Positions 51,506 through 64,000 of a stretch of 64,000 nucleotides of DNA are shown here, one piece after another (within the stretch, counting starts at the first letter, position 1; the number at the start of each line of letters is the position of its first letter). Below the pieces are notes generated by a model. That model worked only from the letters and a program-made list of their open reading frames with translations, did no database searches and was not told where the DNA came from. The DNA is from Mobula hypostoma. Taxonomy: Eukaryota. The position numbers were made by a program, and so were the translations under genes. Location: contig NC_086097.1 in NCBI RefSeq assembly GCF_963921235.1, positions 150,538,001 to 150,602,000 of the forward strand. Reading direction: 5' to 3'.

Positions 51506-52204
51506 TCTTTTTCTTATGTTCATTAGTTTTGTATTGGTTTATTATATTGATGCATTTAGTGTTTTTAATTTACCTTAACTTTGTTTTAGCTATTTTGCAA
51601 TTAGAACTCAATAGCTAATTAATGGCATTATACATTCCACAGACACCTCACCCAAATGGTCATTCACTACAGGGTTTAAACAGATAGTCATAGCCCTGTG
51701 GATGATGACAGATTATTGATGGATCAAGGAGGAGGCATTACATAGTTCTGCTACCCTAACTTGCCCCAGTGAAGATATTTTAATGCTAAGATATTCAGAA
51801 AATCTACTGGATAACCCTTTCTTGCAGGCAAGTTAAAACAGCTATTTTATCTAGGATAGTAGTTATAGTCACAAATTTATGTGAAACGCAGACAAGATCT
51901 TCAAATCATAAATAGATTACTCTTGATTTTGAATTAAAAATTCAAGGTCATCAATATTTGACATTATTTACACATCATATGCCAGCTGAGAGAATATTGG
52001 GGTGAAAATAGCTTACATTTATCTGGTAAGTGCATTGAGAACTGCCAGCTATTTGCAGTGTGTTGCTCTGCACATGTCAGACCACCGTGCATGCCAAATT
52101 CAGGAGCCTGAAATGAACAGGAGATCAAATGCTAACGCAACTGTATCTGAGCTCCGTTCCACCATCACCAGAGCACTGACAAGAAATTGAAGATGGAAGA
52201 CAGC

Positions 52205-52475
52205 ATAGGAAAGTGTATGGTCATGCATTTCGGTAGAGGGAATAAATGTGAAGACTCTTTTCTATTAGAGAAGTAATTCAGAAATCAGAGGTGCAAAGCC
52301 ACTTGGGAGTCCTCGTGCAATATTCCTAAAAAGTTAACTTGCAGGTTGAGTCAGTAGTAAGGAAGGCAAATGCAATGTTAGCATTCATTGCAAAAAGATT
52401 AAAATATGAAAGCATGAATGTGATGCTGAGGCTTTAGAAAGCATTGGTCAGACCTCACTTGGAGTATTGTAAGAA
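52205..52475 (+). mobile_element. CR1 fragment
   Basis: Similar to 378-630 (QVESVVRKANAMLAFI). Confidence 0.8.
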
Positions 52476-52533
52476 GTTTCATTGTTCGAAGAAAATTAAT
52501 TATCCAAGTGCATGTATTATGTGTCACCATATA

Positions 52534-52835
52534 CAGTGGATTCCGGTTAATTGGGCCATTGCTTAATTGGGACAGCTGCTTATTTGGGACAACTCTTATA
52601 GAACAAAGAGTAATCACGAAAATAGCTAGGATTCCCTTCATTTCTTTAGGACACTGTGCCACTCAATTGGGACAGGAGACTGTTGTTGAACAGATTCTAA
52701 GTAGTGTCAGTCATGTTCACTTGTGTGATTATTAGACACTACACCATGCTTAAAGCAAGCAGTTTATAAATAGCATCAGTTGCGTGTGGTTGTGTTATGT
52801 TATCCATTTCGGCCAACTGATGCCGATTCAAAGCA
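52534..52835. mobile_element. Probable pogo/Tigger-type MITE remnant (one end only)
   Basis: TA|CAGTGGATTCCGGTTAATTGGG followed by repeated AATTGGGACA motifs; second TIR not found. Confidence 0.5.
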
Positions 52836-55800
52836 GTGACTTTTGATAATATTGCTTTTTATTTTGACTTAAAAAAAATTCAGACCATTGCCAAGGCATC
52901 ACAAAAATATTTGACATTAGCCACCTGGAGGAATATTCTGGCAGAATACAGTGTAGATGAAGTGGCTTTGCTATTTCCAGTGTATTCCTCCAAGTGGTGC
53001 AAAACATGGAAGATTACAGATTTATTAACACAAGACAACAGATAGCAATCCACAGGAGATTTCCCGTGATCTGGACCCTGTAACGAAAGTGTGTTTGTAT
53101 GCCACCCAGAAAGATCATTTCATACATAAATAATCACAATTAAAATCTTTAGGCCCAAAGCAAGAACCTGGTTATTGCTATTTGTCAAACCTTGCCAGAG
53201 GAACTCAGCAAGTCAGGCCGCGTCTATGGAGGGGAATAAATCATAGATTTTTTGATCTGAGACCCTTCATGAAGATCTCCATGATCACCTCCTATTATCT
53301 CAAACAATTTGCTCCTCATAGATTCTACTAAATTCCTCACAAATGAAACATCTGTAGTTTCCTGTTGTAGGAGCCATGTATCTTTTTCAGGCTGTCTGTA
53401 CTGTATTTTGTTTTGCATATTTATTATGGGTTATGGTAAATTGTTATGTGGGTTGGGGCATGGTAGAAGAAACTGAGTATAGTTATGTATTGGTGCTTTG
53501 TCCCAGTTAGTTAATTTAGTTTAGTTGCTCGTTAGAAGCAGCTGGGGAATGGATTTTTTTTTTTGTTGACTGCTAGTTTGAACGCTAATTATCTTATACT
53601 GCTTATTTCATTATTTTGCTAATTTGGTTATGCTAATTTCTAATATCGTGATACAAGATTTGCTCAATTGTGTGGTATTTGCCTGAGGGTCCGTTGCTTT
53701 GCTTTATTGGTTGCTGACATTTGAATTGAATGCTGTTTGTTTGGTCTGGTTTAAGTGTTGTGGACGTACAGACAGCTTGTTTGTTGCCGTCATTTATTGA
53801 AATATTGCCAGTGCATTTGCAAATGTACTATGGGTGAACAGAGTTAATTACAAGTTGTACAATAAGGAGAGAGTAACATGAGTGAATCAAAGCAAGGAAT
53901 TGACTTCAGCAACCCTGAAGTCGGGACTGGAGAAAGAGTAATTAAACTTACCGCCAAAGCTAAGGAAAATCAAATTGAAAATATTCAAAAGAAGTATAAA
54001 ACAAATGTGAACAAAATTAAAGGTTTAATATTATCAATTAAGAATCTTACGAAAAATAAGGAAAATGTCTTACAAGTGCAATCTTGTCTTGACTAATCTC
54101 TGTAAAGCTGTCGTAAAGCAACACCACAAGCTAATTTCATTACATCCCAAGAATGAACAAGAAAAACAAAATAAATGTTTTTCAAGCATTGATAGCTATA
54201 ACAGTGTATTCACAGTGGATGTGAAACAATGGCTGGCACAAACATGTTACAGTGAAGGTCATGTTGCTGCAACAAGTGAATATGTGTCTCACTTTACAAC
54301 AGACAATGTTTCTCAGATCCCAAGGCATGTTTTGAATATGTATACAGCAAATGACCCACAAGATGATATGAAACCAAAAGACAGTGTGTCATCTATCAGC
54401 GCTCAAAGCTCTGCTGCAGAAAGAAAATCTTCTGTACCTAATACCTCCTCTGGATGTGTTAAAACAGAGGTTGATTTAGCTGCATTGATCACATGTTGAT
54501 GATTATTGAAGGGCAAACATGCTCTAGCAGAGTAGGAGCTGTACCTCTTGGAACAGCTACAGAAAAGGCAGGAACAGCTTAAGTTGGAGGAAGAAACTGC
54601 CACACATATGGCTAAAGTTAATGTGCTAAGGGCTTCAAGTGTGGCAAGTTCTAAAAATGCTCCAGCAGGACAGTTCTATGGTGTGAATTCCTTTATTGAA
54701 AAGGTACAGAGAAAAACAAAAACGCACAATGTCAATGTTGATTTATTTGTTCCTCAAGTGTTTGGGATACATGAACAAAATCCCTAAAGGTAGTTCATGG
54801 TGTTTACTCTCAGCTTGCACTAATGAGGCATTCTGAACCTATGTCATATCCAACAGTTCAAAGTGCTCATGGAGACATTCATATACAACTCCTGTTTCAG
54901 ATGATAGAGGTCAAAACAGTATTATGGATATTATGTGGAAGAAAAATTAAATAGCAATCTTAATGGCAAAACAGCAATGCATTTCATTTTTGCTTAAAAG
55001 AATGATTCAAATCTTCGATGGTGATCCATTGCAGTATCATGCATTCATGAAGCGCTTTGAAAATTTGTGTTGAAGACAAGGCTATAGTGACTGCCTCTGT
55101 TTCCTTGAACAGTACACTAAGGATTACCCTGAGAACTTGTCAGAGGTTGCCAGCATGTCCACCCTAAAAAAGGATATGTCAAGGCTAAGGCTTTACTACA
55201 GGAACATTTTGTTAATGAACAGAAAATTGCATCCACCCACATGTAATTGGTTCTTTCTTGGGTACCTATCCAATCTGAAGATGGGAAAGCTCTTCAAGAC
55301 AACAGTCTTTTTCTTAGAGGTTGTTGTAATACTACGGAAGAAGTGCAGTACATGCATGAGCTGGACATGCCGGCCAATATGTTGATTGTCACAAAGAAAT
55401 TGCCCTATATGCACAGGGATAAGTGGAAAATGGTGGTCTATAAACAGCAAGAAAGACACAACCGTAAGACTATTTTTGCTGACGTGGTTGATTTTATTGA
55501 AAGACAAGTAAAGACTGCTACAGTCCCTGTATTTGGGAATATACAGGTTGCTCCAGTATAAGCAGAGGTGTGAACTAAACTAAATCACAATTTTGTTCTA
55601 AGGCTAAAGGAAGCAGCTTTGTCTCTACTGCGGCCACTGTCAGATGTAAAGCTAAAATGGAACCTGGAACTAATGGAAGGAAAATAGTCACATCAGCCAA
55701 AAGGGTTTGTCTGTTCTGTGAGGGTGAACATACATTGGATTCCTGACCACTGCTACTCATAATGAGGAGATTGCCTTCCTGAAAGAAAATGGTGTTGGTG

Positions 55801-57654
55801 CTTTTGATGTTTGTGTACAGGGCACATCAGCAAGGATTGCAGGAAGCATCTTTCATGAAAGGTATGCAGTGGAAAGCATCCCAGCGTTCTTCATATTCAC
55901 TCTAATGAAAAGCAAAACAAGCCATGAAAGTATCAGACACAACAGTGAGTAGTGCCCTGGTGACCAAAGGCCTTACAAGGGCCAATGATCATAATTGTAA
56001 ACGTCCCATAGTTCCAGTACAAGTGAAGTCTAAGAAGGGTAAGAAGACGGTGGTTACTTATGTTCTCTTAGATCTAGAGAGTACAGTGGGCCTCATGAAC
56101 AAGCTCAACCTCACATGAAAAAGGACATGCATACTCTTATGGACCATGGGTCAAGAGAATGTAATGAGTAGCTACATTGTTTCAGGATTGGAAGTGACTG
56201 GCTTAGACAGTAAAAGCTATTGTCAATTACCTAATGTCTATACACAGGAAAGGATGCCGTCCATCGAGGGAACATTACATGACAGAGGGATCTCCAGGAA
56301 TGCTCTTATCTAAAACATGTCCATTTGCCAGAGATTGAATCAGAAATTGAGCTGCTGATGGGGACAAATGTACCTAGAGCATCGGAGCTGTTGCAAGTAA
56401 TTCACAGCATTAATGATAGACCCTATGCAGTTAGAACAATGTTGGGTTGGACTGTGAATGGACCACTAAAAGGAGACAATGGTGATGAGAAAGACTGTGC
56501 ACAGCCTGAGCTGACAGTTAATAGGATCCAGTTTTGAACTTGGATGAGCTTTGACAGCAGCAGTTCAAGGTAGACTTCCCTGAATGCAGTCAAGATGAAC
56601 AAACTGGCTTTTCAAGAGAAGACCGTAAATTCATGGAACTACTTACAAAACTGGTAGATAGCCACTTCCAAATTAGTTTACCTTTGAGAAAGGAGATTAA
56701 CATGCCAAAAAACCAGGAAGATTGGTGAATAGCTTGCTATAAATCTAAGGAAGATGTTTAAGAAGGATTTGTCATTAACACAGCTTCTATGAAGGATGTC
56801 ATCTGCGAAGGCTATGCTGAAAGAATGGCAGCAGAGATTCTGGAATCAGTGATGATAAAGTCTGGTATATTCCACATCATGCTGTTTACTACCACTCCCC
56901 ACTCCCAGAAAATAGAAACCTTTTGTGTTTGACTGTGGAGTGACTTTATGACTATTCAGGGAACATCACTTAATGCTCAGCTTTTACAGGAACCAGATCT
57001 TACTAGCTCACTGGGGGAAGTCATAAGCAGATTCAGAAAAGAACCAGTGGTGATCATGGCAGAAATTGAATCAATGTTTCATCAGGTTAAAATACCAGCA
57101 GAAGCTGCAGATCTGCAGAAGTTTCTCTGGTGGCCTGATGGTAACCTCAGCAAGATATGGTGGACTTTAGCATGAGGCAGTTCTCTTTGGAGCAACTGCA
57201 TCACTGAGCTGTGCCAATTTCACTCTTAGGAAATGTGCAGAAGACAATGAAAAACAGTTCAGCTGTGCAACAATGGATACGGTTTTGCATTGCTTTTATA
57301 TTGATGACTTCCTTGTGTCTGTGTCCTCTGAGGAAGAAGTAGTGTCTCGCTATCATGACCTTGTATTCATCTGTGCTAAAGGCAGCTTACGACTCACAAG
57401 GTGGATAAGTAACAGGCATAGCGTGCTAGCCATGACACTGGAAGAGCAAAGAGTGAAAGACGTGAAGGATTTGTATTTGGATCAAGATACTCCTTCAGCG
57501 GAGAGGGTGCTGGATGGTGCATTCAGCCTACTACTTTCAAGTTTAAGATCACGATCCAAGATAGACCACTAAGCCAGAAGGGGGAGCCTCCCCACAGCTA
57601 GTTCGATCTATTATCCTTTAGGAATCTTGAGTCCACTAGTGCTATGTGCTAAGA

Positions 57655-58850
57655 CAGGGGTCCCCAACCTTTTTCGCACTGCAGACCGGTTTCATATTGC
57701 ATATTGACAATATTCTTGCGGACCGGCCGACCGGCGGGGGTGGGGGGGTGGGGGAGTTGGGGGGGGTTGCCAACGGACAAGAGTAGCAGTCAAATATGCT
57801 GGGTTTACCCCGAAAAGACTACAATGACCATGAAGCCTTGCGCAGGCACCAGTGCGCATGCGTGTACGATTTTTTTCTACAAATCGTTTTTGACGATTCT
57901 GTTCGGTGGGGGGGTGTTAATCACGACTGCAATATAGATGATAATTAGCTAATACACTCAATTTCGTTTCTAAAAGGGTTTATCTAACAAATTTAATATT
58001 AAACACACAGCGCATATTTTCCTCACATGAATGTAGTGATAAGTCAATTATCAGGGGAGGACAGGGGAGCTTGAAGTAAATGTTGAACGAACTTCCAGTA
58101 GAAGTGGTAGAGGCAGGTTCGATATTATCATTTAAAGAAAAATTGGATAGGTATACGTACAGAAAAGGAATGGACGGTTATGGGCTGAGTGCAGGTCGGT
58201 GGGACTAGGTGAGAGTAGCGTTCGGCACGGACTAGAAGGGCAGAGATGGCCTGTTTCCGTGCTGTAATTGTTATATGGTTATATAAGTCAATAGCATCAT
58301 AACATTTTAAGTATCTTTTGGATATTAAACACACAGCACATATTTTCCCCATATGAACATGTAAAATCATTGCAACACACCAATATCGCTGAATCAGTGG
58401 GAGCCCTGGGCTTGTTTTCCTGCAGCAAGACGGTCCTATCAAGGGGTGATGAGAGACAGCGATACTCGAACGGGGCTCCTTATGTCCAGTCTATTCCGCA
58501 ATTTAGTTTTCGTTGCATTCATTGCAGAGATATGTTGGAAATGGAAGCAACGTTTTCAGTGCTTTTGTGGCTATCTCAGGATATTCAGCCTTGACTTTGA
58601 TCCAGAATGCCGGCAGAGATGTTATGTCAAACATACTTTTCAGCCCACCGTCATTTGCAAGCTCGAGGAGTTGATCTTCTTCCCACGCTGACACGGATGA
58701 CGCGCGGGTAATGACCTCGCATGCGTAATGGCTCAACAGTGGGCGTGACAGGGAATGAGGAAAGGTGCAGCTGACTCCTATCGCCAAATCATATCGTTTC
58801 CTCGCGGCCCGGTAGCGCATGCTCTGCGGCCCGGTGGTTGGGGACCGCTG
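57655..58850 (-). mobile_element. hAT Charlie-type non-autonomous transposon with 8-bp TSD
   Basis: TIRs CAGGGGTCCCCAACC and GGTTGGGGACCGCTG; TGCTAAGA at 57647-57654 and 58851-58858; hAT dimerisation-domain remnant EEDQLLELANDGGLK..FWIKVKAEYPEIATKALKTLLPFPT. Confidence 0.93.
58049..58282 (+). mobile_element. CR1 3' end nested in the hAT element
   Basis: NELPVEVVEAGSILSFKEKLDRY, CR1 3' UTR and (GTTATATG)n tail; ATAAGTCAAT at 58039-58048 and 58283-58292. Confidence 0.85.
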
Positions 58851-60585
58851 TGCTAAGAGGATCCTACAAGATCTATGTAAGAAAGAGCTTGGCTGGGATG
58901 ACACTGTACCTACATCAGTTGCACATGAGTGCACCAGCTGCCTGGAAGAGCTCTGCCAGTTTGAAGACTTCAAGGTTGCCGGATGTTAGAACCCCCTGGA
59001 TTTTGGAGAAGTTACTGCTGCACAGTTACAAAACTTTACGGATGCAAACAAAGATGGCTACGGAGCAGTGACCTACCCATTGTTGCACAACACTCAGGTG
59101 CACAGTGCTTTTATCATAGAAAAATCTAGGATAGCTCCACTGATGTCAGTTTCCGTCCCTCAAATGAAGCTCACCGTTGCTATGGTGGCAAGCCGTATGG
59201 ACACATTGTGGAGGAAGGAGTTGCATATGCAGCTTGATGACTCAGTTTTTTGGGCTGATAGTACTTTGGTGTTGAATTACATCAAAAATGAAACTTCCAA
59301 GTTTGCAAACCTTCATTGGATCCAGAGTTTCATAAACTCTTAAGGTCTCACAGGCATCTCAATGGAGTTATGTAAACACTTCAAGCTATTCAGCAGATGT
59401 GGCCTCTAAAGGGCTGAAGGTGATAACATTCCTGAAGAATGAGACATGGGTGTCAAGGCCTCAGTATCTTCTTCAGCTTGTAAGGGAATGGCCAAGACAG
59501 TAGACTGGATTCTTAGATTTAAGAACCTGCTCTTGTTTCTTAGTTGAAAGAGAATGCAATCAAACATTTTCTTGCTCAGTCTGATTTCGATGAAGAACGA
59601 CAAAGGCATCCTTTAGACACAGAATGTTTTGTTAGTGCACTTCAATGCTTTATAGCAAGATGAGGACAGGTTCGTGAACTGCACTCTGATAATGTGACAA
59701 ACTTTGTTCAAGCTGTGTGTAAGTTGAGAGAAGGTATTGAGAAGTAGAAACACTCATAGATCAGTGATGTCCTTCTTCAAAAAGGTCATCCAATTACTAA
59801 AGCATTATCTGATCCCAATGGTTTGGAAGCACTGACACCCAACCTTCCGTTGTCTCAGGTCTAAAACACAATTTCCTCCCAGGAAACATTGCGCACATAG
59901 TTGACGACACAGCGCCTCAAAACTCATGAATCATGAGAAGAGTCATTCATGTCTTTCCAGACAGAAGAGGATTTGAGCAGCTAGAGATGCTTCAAGATTA
60001 AGACAAGCTGTGTGGACAGGCCTATAACCAAAACCTGTCTTTTACAGGAGGCAGAGGTTTGAGGAGCTACAGCTCTGGAAGCTTCATAACTTTAACTTGA
60101 CAGTGAGTGGTGGAAAGATCACTGTGTTGGGCTAAGTGTTGGTAACCTCTGTTCTAAATGACTGTTACATGACTTGACTGGAAGAAGAAAGTAGAAAGAT
60201 GATAATTGCATAAATGTTAAAATGTTTATCCCTGAAGATTTCATGTGTCCTATTATTGTAGTATGTACTTGTTAGTATTACAGTGTAATAATTAGGGGTC
60301 GGGACGTAGGAGCCATGCATCTATTTTCAGTCTGTTGGTATTGTATTTTGTGTTGTGTGTTTATTATGAGTTACGGTAATTTGTCACATGGGTTGGGGCA
60401 TGGTAGAAACAGATGAGTATAGTTATGTATTCACGTTTTGTCTTAGTTAGTTAAGTTTAGTTAAATTGCTAGCTAGAGGCAGCCAGGGAATGGATATATT
60501 TTTGCTGATGACTAATTTGAACACTAATTACTCTTATTCCATTTATTTCATTATTTTGCTACTTTGGTTACACTAATTTCTAATA

Positions 60586-62218
60586 CAGGTTTGCCCCACC
60601 ATCCGAAGGTAGAGCGTTCCTGTGAAACGGTTTGTAAGCCGAAATGTCGTAAAGCGAAGAAGCAATTACCATTTATTTACATGGGAAAATTTTGTGAGCG
60701 TTCGCAGACCCAAAAATAGCTTACCAAATCATGCCAAATAACACATAAAACCTAAAATAACAGTAACACATAGTAAAAGCAGGAATGATATGATAAATAC
60801 ACAGCCTATATAAAGTAGAAATACTTTTCCACAATCATTGCCTGAACTGTTCCCCATAGCGAAAATCTCACGCAAGCGCCGTCGGCAGAAAATCTCACGC
60901 AAGCGCTGTTGGCAAAAACACGGCGCAAGCGTCTTCAGTAACCTTTAAGCTATGAAGCTGCCAAATCATACCAAATAACACGTAAAAATACACAGCCGAT
61001 ATAAAGTAGAAATAATGTATGTACAGTGTAGTATCACTTACCGGAATTGGTTCAGCGCCGAGCACACTTTTGGTGTATTAGACTGAGTTGTCAGAGTTTG
61101 GGTGGTGCAGTGGCCCCCACCCTCCAGGCTGCCGACCGATACATTGCTGCGAGGCATGCAGGAATGCAGCGGTAGCTGGGAGACACATAGCACATCTTTA
61201 AGAAAAAAGCCGAAATAAACATGCTAATTAGTTAGGTGCTGCCTGGCACGTAATTGTCGGTCCAGATCAGTGCCGATTGCCGATTGCATCGCCTTTGATC
61301 TGGGCTGACATCTACGTGTGGGTCAGCACCTAATTAATTAACATGTTTATTTTGGCTTTTTTCTTAAAGATGTGCTGCGTGCCTCCCGGCTACTGCTGCA
61401 TTCTCCGCGAATCGGTACAGTATCTGTCCGCGGCCTGGGTGTTGGGGTGGGACACTGGGGTGTCATCTTGTTGTCTGTTTCCATTAGAGCAGGCAAGCTC
61501 ATCTTCTCCTATGACTGCCCGCCTCGATGTCAAAGGTCGAGGTTCGTCGTCTGCTGTGGCTGATGTGGAAGGCTTGCTTGACTGCTGAGCCTCGTGCATT
61601 TTTCTATCACACAGTTCTTTGTAAGGACTCAAACCATCTTGCAAATATCCCCTAAAGCTACGTACCCTTTCAAAATTAAAGTCGTACTTTATCATTGCAG
61701 CGAAAATCTCACGTAGTTGCTTCACTTTTGCTACTGCATTCGGTTTCGATTGTTATCCTTTCCTCTTCCAATTGCATCAGCTCTTCATCTATCAGATCTT
61801 GGTCATGGGATGCCAAAACCTCTTCAGCATCATCTTCGTCAGCTTCCACAAGCCAAACTCACTTCCTCCATTCTTTGTTCACCACGATCGAAACGCTTAA
61901 TTATGTCTAGTTTTACGCTAAGTGTAACACCCTTACGAGCTCTTTTAGGCTTTTCCGACACCATAGAACTCATCTTGCAAATGGCTGCTCACAGGCACGT
62001 GTTAAAGCAATGCCGGCTAGAATGCAGTTCTAAATCTGGGGAAAGCGGCTGCTCGGGGTGCGCGCCGATTTTTTTCGCATGCTGAATTTTTTATCGCGCG
62101 CTGCTTTTTTTTCGTAACAGTGAAAATACCCTCTGAAAGCGAAAACAGGTTACTAATGTAGGTCTTTCGTAACAGTGAGGTTTCGTAAAGCAAACGTTCG
62201 AAAAGCAGGGGACACCTG
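60586..62218 (-). mobile_element. pogo/Tigger-type non-autonomous transposon inserted in the BEL 3' LTR
   Basis: TA|CAGGT...ACCTG|TA with imperfect TIRs; acidic pogo C-terminal remnant (EEVLASHDQDLIDEELMQLEEE..YKELCDRK). The LTR sequence is continuous across the TA when compared with the 5' LTR. Confidence 0.88.
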
Positions 62219-62394
62219 TATCGCTCTATAAGATTATTTGTCTTTGCTGGTTTCATAATAAGGGATCAAACATACTTTTTGCGACTTGGAACTCAATTAT
62301 CTGGAAGCGCATCACACAGAGTCAAGCCCCTCACTCAGCCTCTCAGTCAGTGGTTTTGGTTTGTTTTCAAGTAATCACTACACCTGCTTTTACC

Positions 62395-63152
62395 CCAGTG
62401 ATGAAGTGTTTTGAAAGGTTGGTGATGAAACATATCAACATCTGCCTGACAAATAAATGGCTTGGATCCGCTCCAATTTGCCTACTGCTGCAACAGGTCC
62501 ACAGCAGATGCCATCTCATTGGGTTCTCACTCAACCCTGGAACATCTGAACAGCAAGGATGCTCTTTATCGACAATAGCTCAGCATTCGATACCATCATC
62601 CACTCAAAACTAATCAATAAGCTTCAAGACCTTGGTCGCAATGCCTCATTGTGTACTTACATCCTTGATTTTCTCACTTGTAGACCTCTGTCAGTTTGGA
62701 TTGGCAACAATATCTCCTCCGTGATCTCCATCAGCATAGGTGCACCTCAAAACTCTGTGCTTAGTCCCCTGCTCTACTCGCTTTTCATTTATGAATGTGT
62801 CGCTAAGCACAACTCCAATGCCATATTCAAGTTTGCGGAATCAAAGGTGGTGATGAGTCAGCATACAGGAAGGAGACTGAAACTCTGTCTGAGTGGTGCC
62901 ACAACAACAACCTCTTACTCAATGTCAGCAAGACCAAGGAGCTGATTATTGATTTCAGGAGGAGGAAACCAGAGGTCCAAGAGCCAGTCCTCCTTGGAGA
63001 ATCAGAGGTGGATAAGGGTCAGCAACTTTACATTCCTTGGTATTATAATTTCAGAGGACCTATCCTAAGCCCAGCACGTAATTGCAATTATGAAGAAAGC
63101 ACAGCAACGCCTAAATTTCCTTAGGAGTTTGCAAAGATTTGGCATGGCATCT
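62395..63152 (+). mobile_element. Rex1/Babar-like RT fragment
   Basis: [39 protein letters not shown]. Confidence 0.85.
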
Positions 63153-63154
63153 AT

Positions 63155-64000
63155 AGGCCGGTGGGTATGTCATCAGTAGTGGGAAAGTTATTGGAAGGTA
63201 TTCTAAGGGACTGGATAATTAAATACTTGAATAGGCAGGGACTGATTAAGGATAGTCAATGTGGCTTTGTGCGTGGTAGGTCATGTCTAATCAATCTTAC
63301 AGTTTTTCGAAGAAGTTACTAGTAAAGTTGATGAAGGCAAGGCAGTGGATGTTGTCTGCATGGACTTTAGCAAGGCCTTTGACAAGGTCCCACATGGGAG
63401 GTTGATCAAGAAGGTTCAGTTGTTTGGGTTTCAAGATGAGATAGTAAAGTGGATTAGATATTGGCTTTGCGGACGAAGCCAGAGCGGGGCGGTAGATAGT
63501 TGCCTCTCTAACCGGAGGCCTGTGATTAGTGGAGTGCCACAGGGATTGTTGCTGGATCCATTGTTGTTGGTAATCCATACCAATGATCTCGATGGTAATG
63601 TGGAAAACTGGATCAGCAAATTTGTGGATGACACCAGGATTGGGGGTGTACTGAATAGTGAGGAATACTATCAAAGCTTGCAGCAGGATCTGAACCAGCT
63701 GGAAAAATGGCAGATAGAATTTAATGCAAACTTGTGTGAGGTTTTACACTTTGGGAGGACCAACCAACATTCGGTAGGGCAACAAGGCACACAGTAGAAC
63801 AGAGTGGTCTGGGAATACAGATCCATAATTCCTTGAAAGTGGTGTCGTAGGTAGATAAGGTCATAAAGAATGCTTTTAGCACATTGGCCTTCATAAATCG
63901 ATGTATTCAGTACAGAAGTTGGGATGTTACGTTGAAATTGTATGACATTGGCGAGGCCTAATTTAGAACGTTGTGTTAAGTTTTGATCACCTACCAAGGA
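63155..64000 (+). mobile_element. CR1 RT fragment running off the window end
   Basis: MDFSKAFDKVPHGRL, SGVPQGLLLDP, KFVDDTRIGG. Confidence 0.88.

Larger units (their letters stand above)
53366..62382 (+). mobile_element. BEL/Pao LTR retrotransposon, degraded, with nested insertions
   Basis: LTRs start TGTAGGAGCCATG (53366) and CGTAGGAGCCATG (60305, after PPT TAGGGGTCGGGA) and end CTACA (62382). Flanks CCTGT/CCTGC. Three Gag Cys/His knuckles near 55705-55900; protease TYVLLD; RT WYIPHH, SLNAQLLQEPDL, FYIDD; RNase H FTDA..GYGAV, KSRIAP; integrase mostly deleted. Confidence 0.92.

Noticed and set aside
49772..64000. Further upstream ZFAT exons
   Set aside because: I found no ZFAT-like peptide by eye; the region is mostly BEL and LINE sequence. 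A short or diverged exon could have been missed.

Overview
Eukaryotic, repeat-dense genomic DNA. The repeat repertoire (CR1, Rex1/Babar-like, RTE, Penelope) suggests a cartilaginous fish, probably a ray or skate; this is an inference. The window lies inside one minus-strand gene, ZFAT (multi-C2H2 zinc finger protein). Four internal coding exons are resolved with canonical AG/GT sites and compatible phases: 49771-48453, 24211-23979, 6731-6644 and 2790-2641. The gene's 5' and 3' ends lie outside the window. The introns are stacked, nested transposable elements: (1) an IR/DR Tc1 element split by a 6-bp-TSD hAT element and a near-complete atypical CR1-clade ORF2; (2) a degraded endogenous retrovirus with paired LTRs, a tRNA-Pro PBS, a PPT and two Gag zinc knuckles; (3) a young Penelope-like element forming a ~1.07-kb inverted repeat, each arm carrying a minimal hammerhead-ribozyme motif; (4) a BEL/Pao provirus carrying a Charlie-type hAT element (itself holding a CR1 piece) and a pogo/Tigger element. 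All coordinates and family assignments were read by eye, with no database searches.
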